A DNA stretch of 64,000 nucleotides from Octopus sinensis (taxonomy: Eukaryota): contig NC_043002.1 of NCBI RefSeq assembly GCF_006345805.1, positions 87,668,001 through 87,732,000 of the forward strand, given 5' to 3'. How positions within the stretch are numbered: position 1 is the stretch's first letter; the number at the start of each line of letters is the position of its first letter. Made by a program: the position numbers and the translations under genes. This document shows, one piece after another, positions 1 to 12,894 of this stretch. Under the pieces are notes generated by a model, which did not search any database, was not told the origin of the DNA, and saw nothing but the letters and a program-made list of their open reading frames with translations.

Positions 1-641
1 TATGTATTTGTGTAGACGTATATATGTGTATATATATATATATATAGATATTTATACATACATATTACATGTGTGTGTGTGTGTTTGTGTGTGTGAATGT
101 GTGTAAGTGATGTAGTTTTGGTTTTCGATTCTTTTCAGTAATGTAAATTGTAATGTTACTTCTAAATATATATTTTGAGCAAGTTCTCTATCATTAGATT
201 ATGGCGCTGTATTAACTAAGTTACGGTAATATATTATCATTGCCAACGTTGCAGACATTTATACGGCTAAATTAGAATCAGTTATCAACATTAAGCATAA
301 AAATTAAAAGGAACACATATAAAGACATATAGCGAGTAAGTTACAGTAATGCTCGAAGCAATATAGTCTGTATTACTGTATTCTAATACAGTATACACTC
401 GTGCAAAATACACCTTTGAGCAATTACTCGGAAATGTAAAATCAACTTTATAGCTGTATATAAACTAAATATGTTCATAACATGATTATGCGGTTAAGAA
501 CATCACTTCTCAACCATTTGCTTCCAAAGTTCGATTTCTCCGTGTAGCTCCTTCAGCAAGTGATTCTGTTCTAGTTTTTGATTCCTTGAAACATTGCAAA
601 TAGAATTCGGTACACTAAAACTGTGGTAAACATCGTCGAGT

Positions 642-642
<1 letters not shown>

Positions 643-701
<59 letters not shown>

Positions 702-720
702 ACACTCACACACACACTCA
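643..720. repeat. (CA)n microsatellite
   Basis: Direct read of the CA run. Confidence 0.95.
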
Positions 721-734
721 TACATATATATACG

Positions 735-985
735 TGGAGGCGCAATGGCCTAGTGGTTAGGGCAGCGGACTCGCGGTCGCAGGATCGCGGTTTCGATTCC
801 CAGACCGAGGCTCCGACAGGGGGTGGTGATCCCTGCTGTACTCTTTCACCACTCTCTCTCCCACTCTTTCTTCTGTTGGCCTGCTCGCTTAGCCAGCGGG
901 GTGGCGTCATTCGTAGGCTAAAACAATGCGAAGGCATTGTGACCAGCGATGTGTAACAACATCTGATGGTCTGGTCGGTCACGTG
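735..985 (+). mobile_element. tRNA-derived SINE, family A (OR-like)
   Basis: Head TGGAGGCGCAATGGCCTAGTGGTTAG (A box) ... GGTTTCGATTCCC (B box). Same head recurs at 11109 and, inverted, at about 12640-12894 and 42880-43134. Confidence 0.85.
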
Positions 986-1089
986 ATATATATATATATA
1001 CATATATACATACATACATACATACATATAAATGTGTGTCTGTGTGTGTGTATGTAAGATAGTGACATATGGCATAATTATAAAGTTTG

Positions 1090-1575
1090 GCCATTTCTCC
1101 GCAGACTGAAAAAAGAAATTATGGAGAACCTTAATCGATTTTCGAACCTTATTGTTCTATATAGTTATATCCACAACAGGAACAAGTTATAACATAAATT
1201 AGATTCTCGGAAGCACAAATGAAGTTGGTTTATTTGTGAACCTCTCTCCTTGCTTGAATAGCAAATCCGAGCCTTCCAACAGGTTGGACATGTTCCACAG
1301 TTTCGGCGCCCACATTTTTTAACCGTTGGTTTTGTGGTTGTTGTGTAAAGCGATTTGTGTTGCTTATTGCATTTGATGAATTTGTGTGATTTCAGAATGT
1401 TGTTCCTTTTTGGATCCCTAGTGAGCATAGGTAGATTTTGTACAGTAGTGTTTTATGCCCCATTATTTCTAAGGTTGTGAGTTGATATATACGGTAATGT
1501 TTTGAGATGTGGTGCGGTGTTACGTTTTGTTTCCCTTAGTGTTTTAATGCCTAATGATTGGCATACTTAATTCCA
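1090..1575 (-). mobile_element. Penelope-like element fragment (linker, Cys motif and start of GIY-YIG endonuclease), frameshifted
   Basis: Minus-strand translation gives LPYISTHN...QNLPMLTRDPK..ILKSHKFIK, then KCGRRNCGTCP, then in a shifted frame NFICASENLIYVITCSCCGYNYIEQ*. This matches the PLE pattern CxxC ... IYxIxCxxCxxxYIG. Confidence 0.8.
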
Positions 1576-1620
1576 TAGTTTATAAGTGTGGGTGGATATA
1601 TATATATATATATATATATA

Positions 1621-1811
1621 GGCGCAGGAGTGGCTGTGTGGTAAGTAGCTTGCTTACCAACCACATGGTTCCGGGTTCAGTCCCACTGCGTGGCATCTTG
1701 GGCAAGTGCCTTCTGCTATAGCCTCGGGCCGACCAATGCCTTGTGAGTGAATTTGGTAGACGGTAACTGAAAGAAGCATGTCGTATATATGTATATATAT
1801 ATATATATATA

Positions 1812-1843
<32 letters not shown>

Positions 1844-2065
1844 CTGTGTCTGTGTTTGTGTGTTTGTGTTTGTCCCCCTAGCATTGCTTGACAACCGATG
1901 CTGCTGTGTTTACGTCCCTGTCACCCAGCAGTTCGGCAAAAGAGACCGATAGAATAAGTACTGGGCTTACAAAGAATAAGTCCTGGGGTCGATTTGCTCG
2001 ACTAAAGGCGGTGCTCCAGCATGGCCGCAGTCAAATGACTGAAACAAGTAAAAGAGTAAAAGAGT
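1621..2065 (+). mobile_element. tRNA-derived SINE, family B (OK-like), with internal (TA)n/(TG)n
   Basis: Head GGAGTGGCTGTGTGGTAAG ... GGGTTCAGTCCC, body, and tail GAAACAAGTAAAAGAGTAAAAGAG. Partial copies occur at 2685-2830, 29998-30205 and 39790-40065. Confidence 0.85.
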
Positions 2066-2684
2066 ATGTAATATGAATATATACGTGTGCGCGTGAGTTT
2101 GACAAAAAAGGCTACTATATAATACGTACAATACATAAAATAAGTTCTGGCGGCAATTTTGATCGATGAAAGAATCCGTTCAAGTCAGTTCCTCAACTCG
2201 AAACAAAGGAATACAGAAATAAATAATGCTAAATGTGAAATTTGAAATGAAGTCTCTTAAAACCTATTTGGAAACTAGATCACAGCGCTGATTTTAACGT
2301 TGTAACTTAAACGAAGGGGAAATTATGCCAATATTATTTATCCGAATATCCATGGAAATTTCTTATTAATCAGGCTGATTAATATTGTACGTCATTCACC
2401 TTCAGATGTAAGCACAATCAATAAACAAGCTTTTGAGCAGATAATTACATTGTTATTGAAGTCTTAAGCAAATTGACCGGTAAATCTTTTCAGTCCATGC
2501 CAAATTAAGAATAGTTTAAGAAAATAACAACAGATTAATTAATGCATATACATTATCGAATTTCTGACTTATTTGAACTGTAGATTTATCTCTTCAAATA
2601 ATGAATATATAAAGTGCAATAACTTACATGTAACAGTGCACATGCAAGCACACATCTTCACGAAAATACACTCGTTTACTAAGT

Positions 2685-2830
2685 AAATGCTGGAGCACCG
2701 CATTGGATGGTTTTAGTCGAACACATCGCTCTCAGGACTTAATTTTTAGGTCTAGTAATTATTCTATCGGTCTCTTTGGCCGAGCCGCTTGGAAAACGGG
2801 ACATAAACACACCAACACCGGATGTCATTT
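2685..2830 (-). mobile_element. Family B SINE 3' fragment
   Basis: GCTGGAGCACCGC...TTATTCTATCGGTCTCTTTGGCCGA is the reverse complement of the 1621-2065 body. Confidence 0.7.
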
Positions 2831-2961
2831 CCATCAATGAATAGCACTGGGTAGCTCCGGAGCTGCAGGGGGAAAAAAAACCAAGCACCTTTAAAGCATT
2901 TTGCCTGATGTGGCATTGACTTCTGAAATCGAAGACGGAAAATAGCAACGTTCTCAATGAC

Positions 2962-3390
2962 TACGAGGGTCGGTTGAAAAGTTCATAGGCTGATCAAGAT
3001 ACTGTCATGAATCCTTCTGGTCCACACAATTTTCTGTCAGTGTTGTAGTACTTGGATCTCCCTGGGGAGGAAGCTTACATCGTGTTGGTCAAAAAAGTCG
3101 TGAACAGCAGATATGACGTCATCATAACGGCGATACTAGTTATCAACCAAGTGTTATATTTTTTTATTTTTGTAATATTTGGAAAGACTTGGTAGTCAGA
3201 TGGGGCAGAATCAGAATACGGACGAGGGTCAACCAGTTCAAAGTCACAGTCACGCACAACAGGCATTGAAACTAAGAACTTGTGTGCAGGGGCATTGTCC
3301 TGTTGAAAAAACACCTCTCACTCAGTTTTCTTGGGCGTTTGGTGTTGATAGTATTTCGTCATCTTTAAGACTCTCCCTTGTCCTCTAAAA
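2962..3390 (-). mobile_element. Internally deleted mariner transposon remnant
   Basis: TA followed by CGAGGGTCGGTTGAAAAGTTC (mariner-type TIR). ORF 3314-3075 reads FQQDNAPAHK...RDCDFELVDPRPYS-DSAPSDYQVFPN, matching the mariner DNAPAH / HPPYSPDLAPSDY motifs. Confidence 0.85.
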
Positions 3391-3774
3391 TTCAATTATA
3401 CAATTTTGCACTGATAATAAAGCTTGGGCGTCATGTATTGTAGCAACCATGTTAGCATAAATGTTGTTGGGGCTAAAATATTTTCCTGCAAGTTCTTGAT
3501 AGCACCATGATACCAAATTTTGTCCATTTGCAAGAGAAGTCGCTACTCGCTACATGTGTAGTCTTCTTTGAACAGCTAGACGTCAGTTTACCTCGAAAGA
3601 GATAATGTAGTTATAAGACGAGTTGAAATTAATGCATGTAAAATTTCACTGTTCCATCATCACTCCTTCATAGCCAACCTATGAACATTTCATCCCAACC
3701 GTTGTACATAAATTATATAAATTCTATCGAATGAAAGAAAATTGGATAATGCATCTTCGCCAATCATATAGACT

Positions 3775-3965
3775 CAAAGGGCTGGTTTCGGTGGTGTGTA
3801 TTCGAGCGTCTGGACGGGACTTCGGTCCGTTGCAGGAACAGTCATTTTGGCCAGCTGGGTGAACAGGAACAACGTGAAACTAAGTGTTGTTCAAGAACAC
3901 AACCCATCACTCGGTCCAGCAATCCTAGCCACAACCTTACGATCACGAACCCAACGTAATAACTG
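3775..3965 (-). mobile_element. Degenerate family A SINE
   Basis: CAGCTGGGTGAACAGGAACAACGTGAAACTAAGTGTTGTTCAAGAACACAAC resembles the family A body seen at 12760-12810 and 43005-43050. Confidence 0.6.
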
Positions 3966-4254
3966 CTATATCCCGAGCCTCCATTCTATAGTATGAACTG
4001 ATAATCACTCAAAACTTACATATAAAATAAAGACAGATATAGTTATGTTATAGTTATGTTCTTGAGAGAAAAAAACGTATTCGCAAATCTATACTCTTTA
4101 TCAAGAGTCCGCAGAAAAGAAGTTGTTCGAAATATACTTGACAACTTGACGATATACATTCATAGATGACGTAAAGGAAAATATATGGTGTAATTTAAAA
4201 TAAGTAGAAACATGTGAATTTTAAATAAAATCTCACTAGGTATAAATTCTCTCT

Positions 4255-4441
4255 TTATCTATATGCATATGCATGTGTGTGTGTTTGTATATGTATATGT
4301 ATGTGTGCATGCATATATGTATATGTATATGCATATGTCTGTATATATATATAAACATATATAACACACACACACATGCACACAAATATATACAAACACA
4401 CACATATATATATATATAATCATCTATCCATTTCTCTTTCT

Positions 4442-4488
<47 letters not shown>

Positions 4489-4543
4489 GAGAGAGAGAGA
4501 AGAGAGAAAGAGATAGATAGAAAGATAGATAGATAGATAGATG

Positions 4544-4608
<65 letters not shown>
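4255..4608. repeat. Compound microsatellite (TA/TG, GA, GATA)
   Basis: Direct read. Confidence 0.95.
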
Positions 4609-5524
4609 TCGCAGTGATATCTGTTTCTCATTGGTAGTATCATACTTATAAAGAGGAAGATAGACAAACTGACGTATTTCATCATTAAACATTTATGTCA
4701 TCTTGATGGCGAATACATGAATAAACATGGCCGCTATTTTGTTTTACGTCATATAAGAGTGTATATCTATAAGAATATTCCAAACAACTTGTTTCCTGAA
4801 GTTAATTTATGAAGACAATAGGTGTGTGTGTGTATTTGTATATTTATACTTGAGCTTTATAAATATTTAGTCCTGCGTTTTATATATATGTGTGTGTGTG
4901 TGTGAGTGCGCGGGTCGTGTGTGTGTGAGTATGTGTGTGCGTGTGTTTACATATGTATATGCATCTGTCAAGTTATGTATAAAAACATGACATTTGACCG
5001 AAGTATTACACAATAGAGTGTCTAATTTTTTACAAGAAATGATAGACATGGACTTCGAATTTTAGGTCTTCTAACTTTCCTCCGAGTGTGATTTACTTTG
5101 GTTCTTTTTAGGTTTGTATAGGCTTTGGCAGGGTTACGCCTGTTGCTAAGGGAGTGCACTGGACGGCACTTGCCCCCTCTCACTATTGAATGGAGCACCT
5201 CAGATTTACTCCACTTTAGTGACACCCTTTTAGTGACTCCACTTTGGCATTATTACAAATTAGTGCCCAACCAGAATATTCTGAAGCACTTTCAGGCACC
5301 AAAGTCTGATGACAGTTCTGCTTAGGGTTTTTTTGCGGGGGGCGGGATGTAAGGGGTGTTTATGTGAATAGCAGTTAAGTGTGGTGTGGTTAGTACGGGG
5401 TCGTAGTTGTCTAGATAGAAGGAATAAAGATTTTGATGAAAGTGTGTGTGAATAAGGTGAGTGTCGATAGAAAGGGAATAAAGTTCATAAGATAATCGTT
5501 TCATCCCCTTGTCATCCCTGTTCT

Positions 5525-5534
5525 CATCTATCTA

Positions 5535-5565
<31 letters not shown>

Positions 5566-5566
5566 C

Positions 5567-5613
<47 letters not shown>

Positions 5614-5671
5614 GTCTGTCTGTCTGTCTATCTACCTATCTATCTATCTATCTGTCTGTCTGTCTATCTAC

Positions 5672-5718
<47 letters not shown>

Positions 5719-5735
5719 CCTATATATATATATGT
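5525..5735. repeat. (CT)n + (TATC/TGTC)n microsatellite
   Basis: Direct read. Confidence 0.95.
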
Positions 5736-5771
5736 ATCAAATGAAATCAAAAACAGAACACAAAGGATGTC

Positions 5772-5862
5772 GCGGTACACGTGTTTCAAGCTTTATAAAC
5801 GACCTATTCTTACATCAGTGTATAATCGACATAAAGGATGGTTTAAAGCTCTCTTCAGCCGC
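5772..5862 (-). ncRNA. Minimal type I hammerhead ribozyme motif (PLE-type, palindromic stem III)
   Basis: Minus strand reads GCGG-CTGAAGA-GAGCTTTA...TAAAGCTT-GAAA-CACGTG-TA-CCGC. Stem I GCGG/CCGC, intact core, long stem II, palindromic stem III, UH=UA. Confidence 0.8.
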
Positions 5863-6151
5863 ATGCAGTTGTTATACTAGCTGGCGTATACAGGTGCTTA
5901 CATTTATCAAGTATTCATCCTAAATTTATATATACATAATGTGTTATAAGGATTCAGCCGAACCTAGGCACATAAACACCAGAACACTAGAAATGGCTGG
6001 GTACAATAACATAGACATCACAGTGAGGTAAAAAAGAAGGAAGGTATCAAATGTTGGTAAGATGCTGTAGTTATATAAGTACAAATCCAATTTAATGGAC
6101 TTATAAAGTTTGATGTACGAAATCTCACCTGCATGACATGTTACCTGTTAA

Positions 6152-6239
6152 AAATTTTACCTGAAGATGGTGGATTTTATGATATGATGTATTCTATGAA
6201 TACTTCTATAAAGTTCTGCCAAAACAGCACGTAAAATTT
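6152..6239 (+). ncRNA. Degenerate hammerhead-like motif
   Basis: AAATTTTAC-CTGAAGA-T-GGTGG...CTGCC-AAAA-CAGC-AC-GTAAAATTT. It has a 9-bp stem I and intact CTGAAGA, but GAAA reads AAAA and the UH site reads AC. Confidence 0.45.
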
Positions 6240-6254
6240 AAACGCCTTTTGCGA

Positions 6255-6289
<35 letters not shown>

Positions 6290-6304
6290 CAATAATATGT
6301 ATAT

Positions 6305-6470
6305 ATTGGCCCAGTGATTAGGGCATATATGCACTCACGATTGCGAGATCGTGGCTTCGATTCCACGATCGGGTGTTGCGTTGTGTTCTTGAGCAAAACA
6401 TTTGGCACCTGGTACGTTATGCAGCTGTACAGGTAAGGTCGATTTGATGGAGAGTGTGAAGTTATACGAA
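6305..6470 (+). mobile_element. Degenerate family A SINE
   Basis: TGGCCCAGTGATTAGGG...GGCTTCGATTCC...GCGTTGTGTTCTTGAGCAAAACA. Confidence 0.65.
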
Positions 6471-6712
6471 CACAAACACATAGTCAATATAAACAAATCA
6501 TTTGTTGTTCAGCGAGAAATTGCAGAACCCTCATACGTCATCTAACGGTGAGAGAATCCATGGTATATATATAACTCTTATCTCTCTTTCTCTCTATGCA
6601 TACATACATACATACATACATACATACATACATACATCTGTCTGTGAGTCTGTCTATCTGACTGTCTATCTATCTGTCTATATATATAAATATATATATA
6701 TATATATAATAT

Positions 6713-6754
<42 letters not shown>

Positions 6755-9700
6755 ATACATGTATTTTGGCAAGCAGTATCGATTTTTACAAATCTGTAAA
6801 TGACAGTAATAATATATTTTATAAGCGAAAGCTTATAAGTATAAGCGATCACCTTGTAATGACTAAAGAAAATTGTCTAATATTAGGGAATATGAATCCT
6901 CGATGGAAAGAAGTAGGGTTTCCATATGCATAGGACTCGAACCCCCAGATCTTTGTTGTCGCGACAAGTGTGTTACCATTACACCAGCGCAACACTGGCT
7001 ATATATATTTCTATCGCTATTGTAATGGTAATTGCCTATCAGGGTCGGCCACTCAGGCATCCCCGTCTTTCTACCTTCCGTCATCGTTTTTGCTTCTAAC
7101 TCATTCCCAATCACATACTGACCACTATGTTCAGTCCTTCTTCCTAAGTCCATCGGCCGTCAGGAAACTCCTCCCCGCTCATATCTCTCCTAACTTGCAA
7201 CAGCTTAAACGAAACGTTACTGGTTTCGATCTGACTAGTCTTGGAATGCGTGCAAGAGTCATGTGGACTGCCTCTATCTCTGAAAGCAAAACATGAAAAC
7301 ATATCTACACAAATACGCATAGCAAATATAATGAAAACATATATAGACGCAACATTAGGTACAGCGAGTAAAACGAAGATAGGTGTACACAAATACATGT
7401 ACAGCACGTAAAAACAAAACACATATACATATATATGTGTGTGTATATGTGTGTATGTGTGTGTGTATAAATGCAAGTATATATTTATGTGTATGTGTGT
7501 ATATATGCACGCTTCTAGTTAGTTTATTATGCATGCTTCCATTTTGATATCGGCGAATGCAACATTACAGCATAGATTTATAGATGATGTTATCGGATTC
7601 TAGTATTACTATAATAGTACATTATTTTATTGTTTTTGCTGCTTAGCCTCGGATAATCCCTGATTAAATAAAACTTTGAGCAGAAGCATTCGAACCATGA
7701 TAATCCTATCTTTTATTATGGCATAGATTTCATTTTCCAGGACAGCCACCTTTTCTTTTTAGCTATGTTGATAATAGAAGTTGCGAACAGGCCAGTATTA
7801 CTATTACTAGTCGGTAGAGCAACCGAATAGGGGCTTCGTTATTAGTATGCCATGCTGATGTTGTTAATAACTTTCCGTCTCTTTAAGCGATGAGAGGTAA
7901 CTAAGTCTATATTATCAAATGCGTACCAGTTCACCCTTTTTAATACGATGGAGCTTGATTTGAGGAAGATTTGGTTGCTATTCCAAGCAAGTAAGATGAT
8001 CATAAAGCTGCTACTCCGTTAGGTCGTCAAAGGAAACCATTATGGTCCCGAAAATTGCGCAGTCGTTCAGGAAAGTGGTACAATGTTATATTAAAGGTTC
8101 TATGTTGCTGTCTTTATTCACTATTACTCTATTTGTTATTTTTTAAACTTTCTAGTTGTGAAAGCTTTGGAAATATGAATTGACTGGGTTGAAAATATGT
8201 GATGGTAAAAACTAAATGCAGAAAGATAATAAGAGGTGTCGGGTACGGATAATAGTACAATGGACCCTTAGCCTTCCATATGCATCATATGTGATAAAGA
8301 AGATATATATGCTCTTGGCTTCCTTGCATCAAATATGATACATATTTCCGATTTTTGTAATCCAGAGTAACTTGGAACTCATGAAAGGAAAGATTTATAT
8401 TTCTCATAACGTACGTAACAAGGGCTAACTAAAAGTCAGGAAACAAGCACGGACGTTTAAGACAACCCTATGAAAATGCTTTGTTTGGGCATAGTGCTAA
8501 ATCAACCTCACACCTTAAATCTATCGTCCTTTCCCCAACAATATAAACGCCACTATTATTACTCTGCTCAGTTGCGTCGCCCAGACCGCGACATCTAAAC
8601 GGTGAACTGGGATGGTTGCCTTTTTTTCAGGCACATTTTGCCACGCGTTTCTGTGATAAGGATGAAATTCTGGATCAAGTGTAGATCACGAGAAAGCGGC
8701 TGAAACCTTGAATGTTGTTAGGCACCCACAGTCATCTCCCAGTTAAACAATACCGTCAATGGGTTAGTATATAAAGGGTTAGTATTCGGGTGTGAGCAAC
8801 ATTACACAAGGAGTCGCTGTTTCTCTAGGGGACTCTCAGCTCAGAGATTATGGGTATACTTTCAAATTTCTCTAGACCATCGGAGCCACACGAGAACTTT
8901 GTTCTGTATAAACTCTACAGATGCAATATTACTCTCTACTTCATCTTTCTAATCTGCGCACAGAACCACGTATTTGTATTCTACGGACTAGCTCATTGTT
9001 CAAGTATTACTGAAATGTGGAGATATGTTAAACAGCTGATTTTGTTGTGCAACACGAATCCAGAATCAACTGAATGCATCGAAAGGCTAAGCTATCGCTT
9101 TTCTCTCATAGGGAAGGCTTCCCACTTCTTATTTTACTATTAGCACATTAAAACCAGAATGAACTGTTTGTACAGTTCACGAATTAAAAGAATTGCTTAT
9201 GGCAGAGGGCTGATTTCCCAGCGGTGACCATCTGAATAAATATCAGAATTTTATTACGTTTTCTGTTCAATACATATGCCATTTCCCTACTTCTGATTCA
9301 CGATCCGTTTCTTTGAATACCAAATGTAACATTTTTATCTGTGTTCTGTATAATTTAAATTTTGTTTGTTTTTTATTGTCATCCACCTCAATACTATCCC
9401 TGATCAAACAGACAGACTTATAATGAAAGTCGCTACCAGCCGTGAAAATTTCTTCTGTTTTCAGACATTATGATGAGGAATGCAATATCTAATGAGTCTG
9501 TCGTTTTTAAAGTAATTAGTGTATGGACTGAAAGAAATTTGTCTGTTATGTCTTGTAGGTCTATCGACAAGATAATGATTCTTTCGCTGTCTCCTTAATA
9601 TTGTTTGTAGTACGGTTGATAGAAATGGTAAAGTTGTTGACGAAATGGTTTTTAGTATTTAGGCTAAGGTCCTTAGTAGGCTCTATTCGTCAGATTAAAA

Positions 9701-10062
9701 ATCCAATCGGAGTATACATTAAACATACTGTTTACTGTGTCAGTAAAGTAATTTCCAATCGTCTTGCATTATACTTAAACTAAGAGTCGATGTTATATTG
9801 TGTTTGTTGACTGCGAGCCAGACCTGATTGAAAGCATTTCACCTGTGTCCATCCCGACTTTTATTCAAACAGACGGTGATATGAAAAAAGTATTGCTATA
9901 TTCAGCGGGTCGTACAACCGCATAGTGGTTCAAATCTGACTCGTAGAAGTCAGTATTGTTTCTTTATTTTAGATGTAAAATGGCGGTAAACTTTTCTATG
10001 AAGTTTACAGTGATCAGATACGGCGCAGTGTTCGCAAGGCTTCATTTCGAAAGCTCCCTCTC

Positions 10063-10127
<65 letters not shown>

Positions 10128-10834
10128 TACTTCTTATTTTCCCTTGCCTGTAACTATAACTTTGAGTGGATTTAACAAAATGATTATTTCACTTCCGTTG
10201 TATATAATTTTAGTTTTTGCAGTTTTGGTTCATAATGCAAACTTACGTTATTCGTGTCGTAGAGAAGGTTTTGCTAATGGCGGTAGTGTTAATTTTGCAG
10301 CTATTTCAGATAATAATATGGAATTATATTCATAATAATAATATTCATAGCCCTGACGTGCATTTCTATGCTCTTATCGTTTTTCAGTTACTGTAAAGAA
10401 ATAGAAATATAACACAGAATGGAAAATATAATAATGCCTCATGTAAAATACTCGCTCTTGTTATACAATTTGTGCAGTAGTTTAGCTTTAGCTACGACAA
10501 ATGGATTGCAACCATAGCATTTGTAATTCTTCCAATACCTCTGAGGCTGATCCGGTTCCTGTTCAGTTTAAACACTCGTAAATAGACAGTTTATGGTAGT
10601 GAGTTGTTAGCATCGTTTGCGCCGCAGATAGAATGCTTTACAGTAACGATTATGGCTCTATGCCCCTCGAGTTCAAATACCACTCAGGTCAACTTCACCT
10701 TTTATGCTTTCAGTCATTTTATAAGGTTCTTTCTTTCTTTCTCTGTCTCTCTTTTTTCTGTCTGTCTCGCTCTCTTTATTTCTAGAAGAAATCGGATGTA
10801 TTCAGACTATTGAAGGCTAAGCTCCGCCAGACTC

Positions 10835-11470
10835 AAAATTTCCAAGTCGCAACATCTGCCACGACGTCATGGAACCTATGAAAGAGAAACATACACGAGA
10901 AGATATTGTGAGCCAGAAAATAGAATGTGCTAGTATTCAAAGTCATCTCAATCGATACCCATTTTGGTGGTCTTGTTTGGAAGCCGTGTGGGATATATGT
11001 GTGTATAACTGCAGCATCGTCCCACATGTTAGAGCAAAACTCTAATGTAGGCTTCAAATGAGATTTTTGGAGGCATAGTAGTTGTTGAGGGTGATGAAGT
11101 ATTTTCTGTAGAGGCACATGACCTAGTGGGGTTAGAGCAGCAGACTCGCGGTCGAGGGATCGCGGGTTCGAATCTCAGACTGGGCGATGTGTGTGTTTAT
11201 GAGCGAAAACACCTAAGCTCCACGCGGCTCCGGCAGAAGGTGGTGAACTTCTGCTGACTCTTTCGCCACAACTTTCTCTCACTCTTTCCTCCTGCATCTT
11301 GCAGCTCACCTGCGACGGACCGGCGTCCCGTCCAGGTGGGGGACCTATACGCCAAGAAACTGGCCCTTATGAGCCAGGCATGGCTCGAGAAGGAACAAAC
11401 AAGTATTTTCTGGATTGAATCAGTCTTTTGGGTGACAGTAACACTGAATATCAGGGTGGGGCTGTACCAG
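10835..11470 (-). mobile_element. CR1/L2/Jockey-type LINE, C-terminal RT remnant, interrupted by a SINE
   Basis: Minus-strand QKILHHPQQLLCLQKSHLKPTLEFCSNMWDDAA...HNIFSCMFLFHRFH resembles the P.QLL.LYKS.IRP.LEYCS.IW...HRR...LFYR pattern. The sequence continues across the SINE insertion site. Confidence 0.6.
11109..11400 (+). mobile_element. Family A SINE with 12-bp TSD
   Basis: A box TGACCTAGTGG and B box GGGTTCGAATCTC. TSD AAGTATTTTCTG at 11097-11108 and 11401-11412. Confidence 0.9.
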
Positions 11471-12639
11471 AAGTAATTATATAATGATCCACGCGTTATA
11501 TCCTTTGGTCACACCAAGTTATATTGCGTTATGCTTGCATGAACGTGTGTAGCTTATGCACCACCTCAAATTAAGATGTTCGTCGTTCTGTGCATCTCGT
11601 GGAATATGTCACTCGAAGACGATTTTGAATAAATCGAAGTAACATGTACATATGATACTAAAACGTCTACAGTTGTTACTCGAGCGCTTTTAAAATTCTA
11701 CACGCAAAGTTCATATGTTTTTCAGATTCAGACACAAAATATATTGAACATCGCTGCCCCAATATACATTGCAACAGAAAGGCAAAAAATCTACATGGCA
11801 ATAAAACGCTGCATTGTTGGAAAGCTATAAAGCATGTGTAAACGTACATATCGGTACAATCCATTCACTGAAGACAAATTTAGCATCCATTGCAAATGTG
11901 AACACCATAAGCAGAGCAATTTAGCATTTTCGCAATGCTCTACTAGACTAGATATCCACTAAATATCTCCTTACAGAATTAAAAAAACCCCAAAGACTAA
12001 TTACTCTTTTCTGTCTAACTTAACATAAGGCGTCTCACATAATCTTGGATCTACTAAGCCAGACAAGGGGCCTCCGCTAGGAACTATGAGAATAAGTAGT
12101 TAACCCTTAGTAACTATTTTATACTAAGTTGCCCTGCAATCATACTACATAACTTGATGTGGCGGACGAAAATACATCATATAAACGTCTGTCAGTCATT
12201 TCTTTTGTCGCTTAAAAGATCGTATTTCACAAGATGTGCTGAAAGCAACGTAGTATTTCTGTACACACTAGGTACAGTTCCAGTTTAGGTCTGAGATTTT
12301 TGGGAGGTTGTCATCAAGACTTTCACATTATTTTTGTTCACCTCTGCTCTCACAACCTGCCGCCCTATGTAGAAATTGTGAATTGTGAGCTAAGAGTCAA
12401 TATTATTGCAAATGTCTCTGACCGGCAACTTTATATTATTCCCTTGTCACATGTGTTGCATCGGGAGCTTGAGTAACGCTGTGTAACACGCCAGCACGGT
12501 CTCTTATATGCCTTCGCTCTTGGCCGTGAAAATTAGGCATATACTCCTATATTATCTCCTAGGTCGACGGAAACTACAATATTTTACACATGGGAAATAT
12601 TTTCCTTCATTTGATCCTTTGAGGGTACGTAGGAAACAT

Positions 12640-12894
12640 TTTTTGCGCCCTTTTAAAGCCTAGCCAGGCTCATGAACCCGGTTTCCCGGTTTCAATGGCG
12701 TATGTGTTCCCTAGCTGGACACGACGCCAGTCCATCGCAACGTTACTCCTTTTTGCCAGCTGAGTGGACTGGAGCAACGTGAAAAGAAGTGCTTTGCTCA
12801 AGAACACAACGCGTCACCCGATCCAGGAATCGAAACCACAATCTTGTGATCATGACGCTGACACCCTAACCACCAAGCTATGCGCCTCAACGCA
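12640..12894 (-). mobile_element. Family A SINE
   Basis: Reverse complement of family A head and body. Flanking direct repeat TAGGAAACAT at 12630-12639 and 12895-12904. Confidence 0.85.

Noticed and set aside
8450-8850. LINE 3' remnant
   Set aside because: Looks repeat-like, but no motif could be read convincingly.
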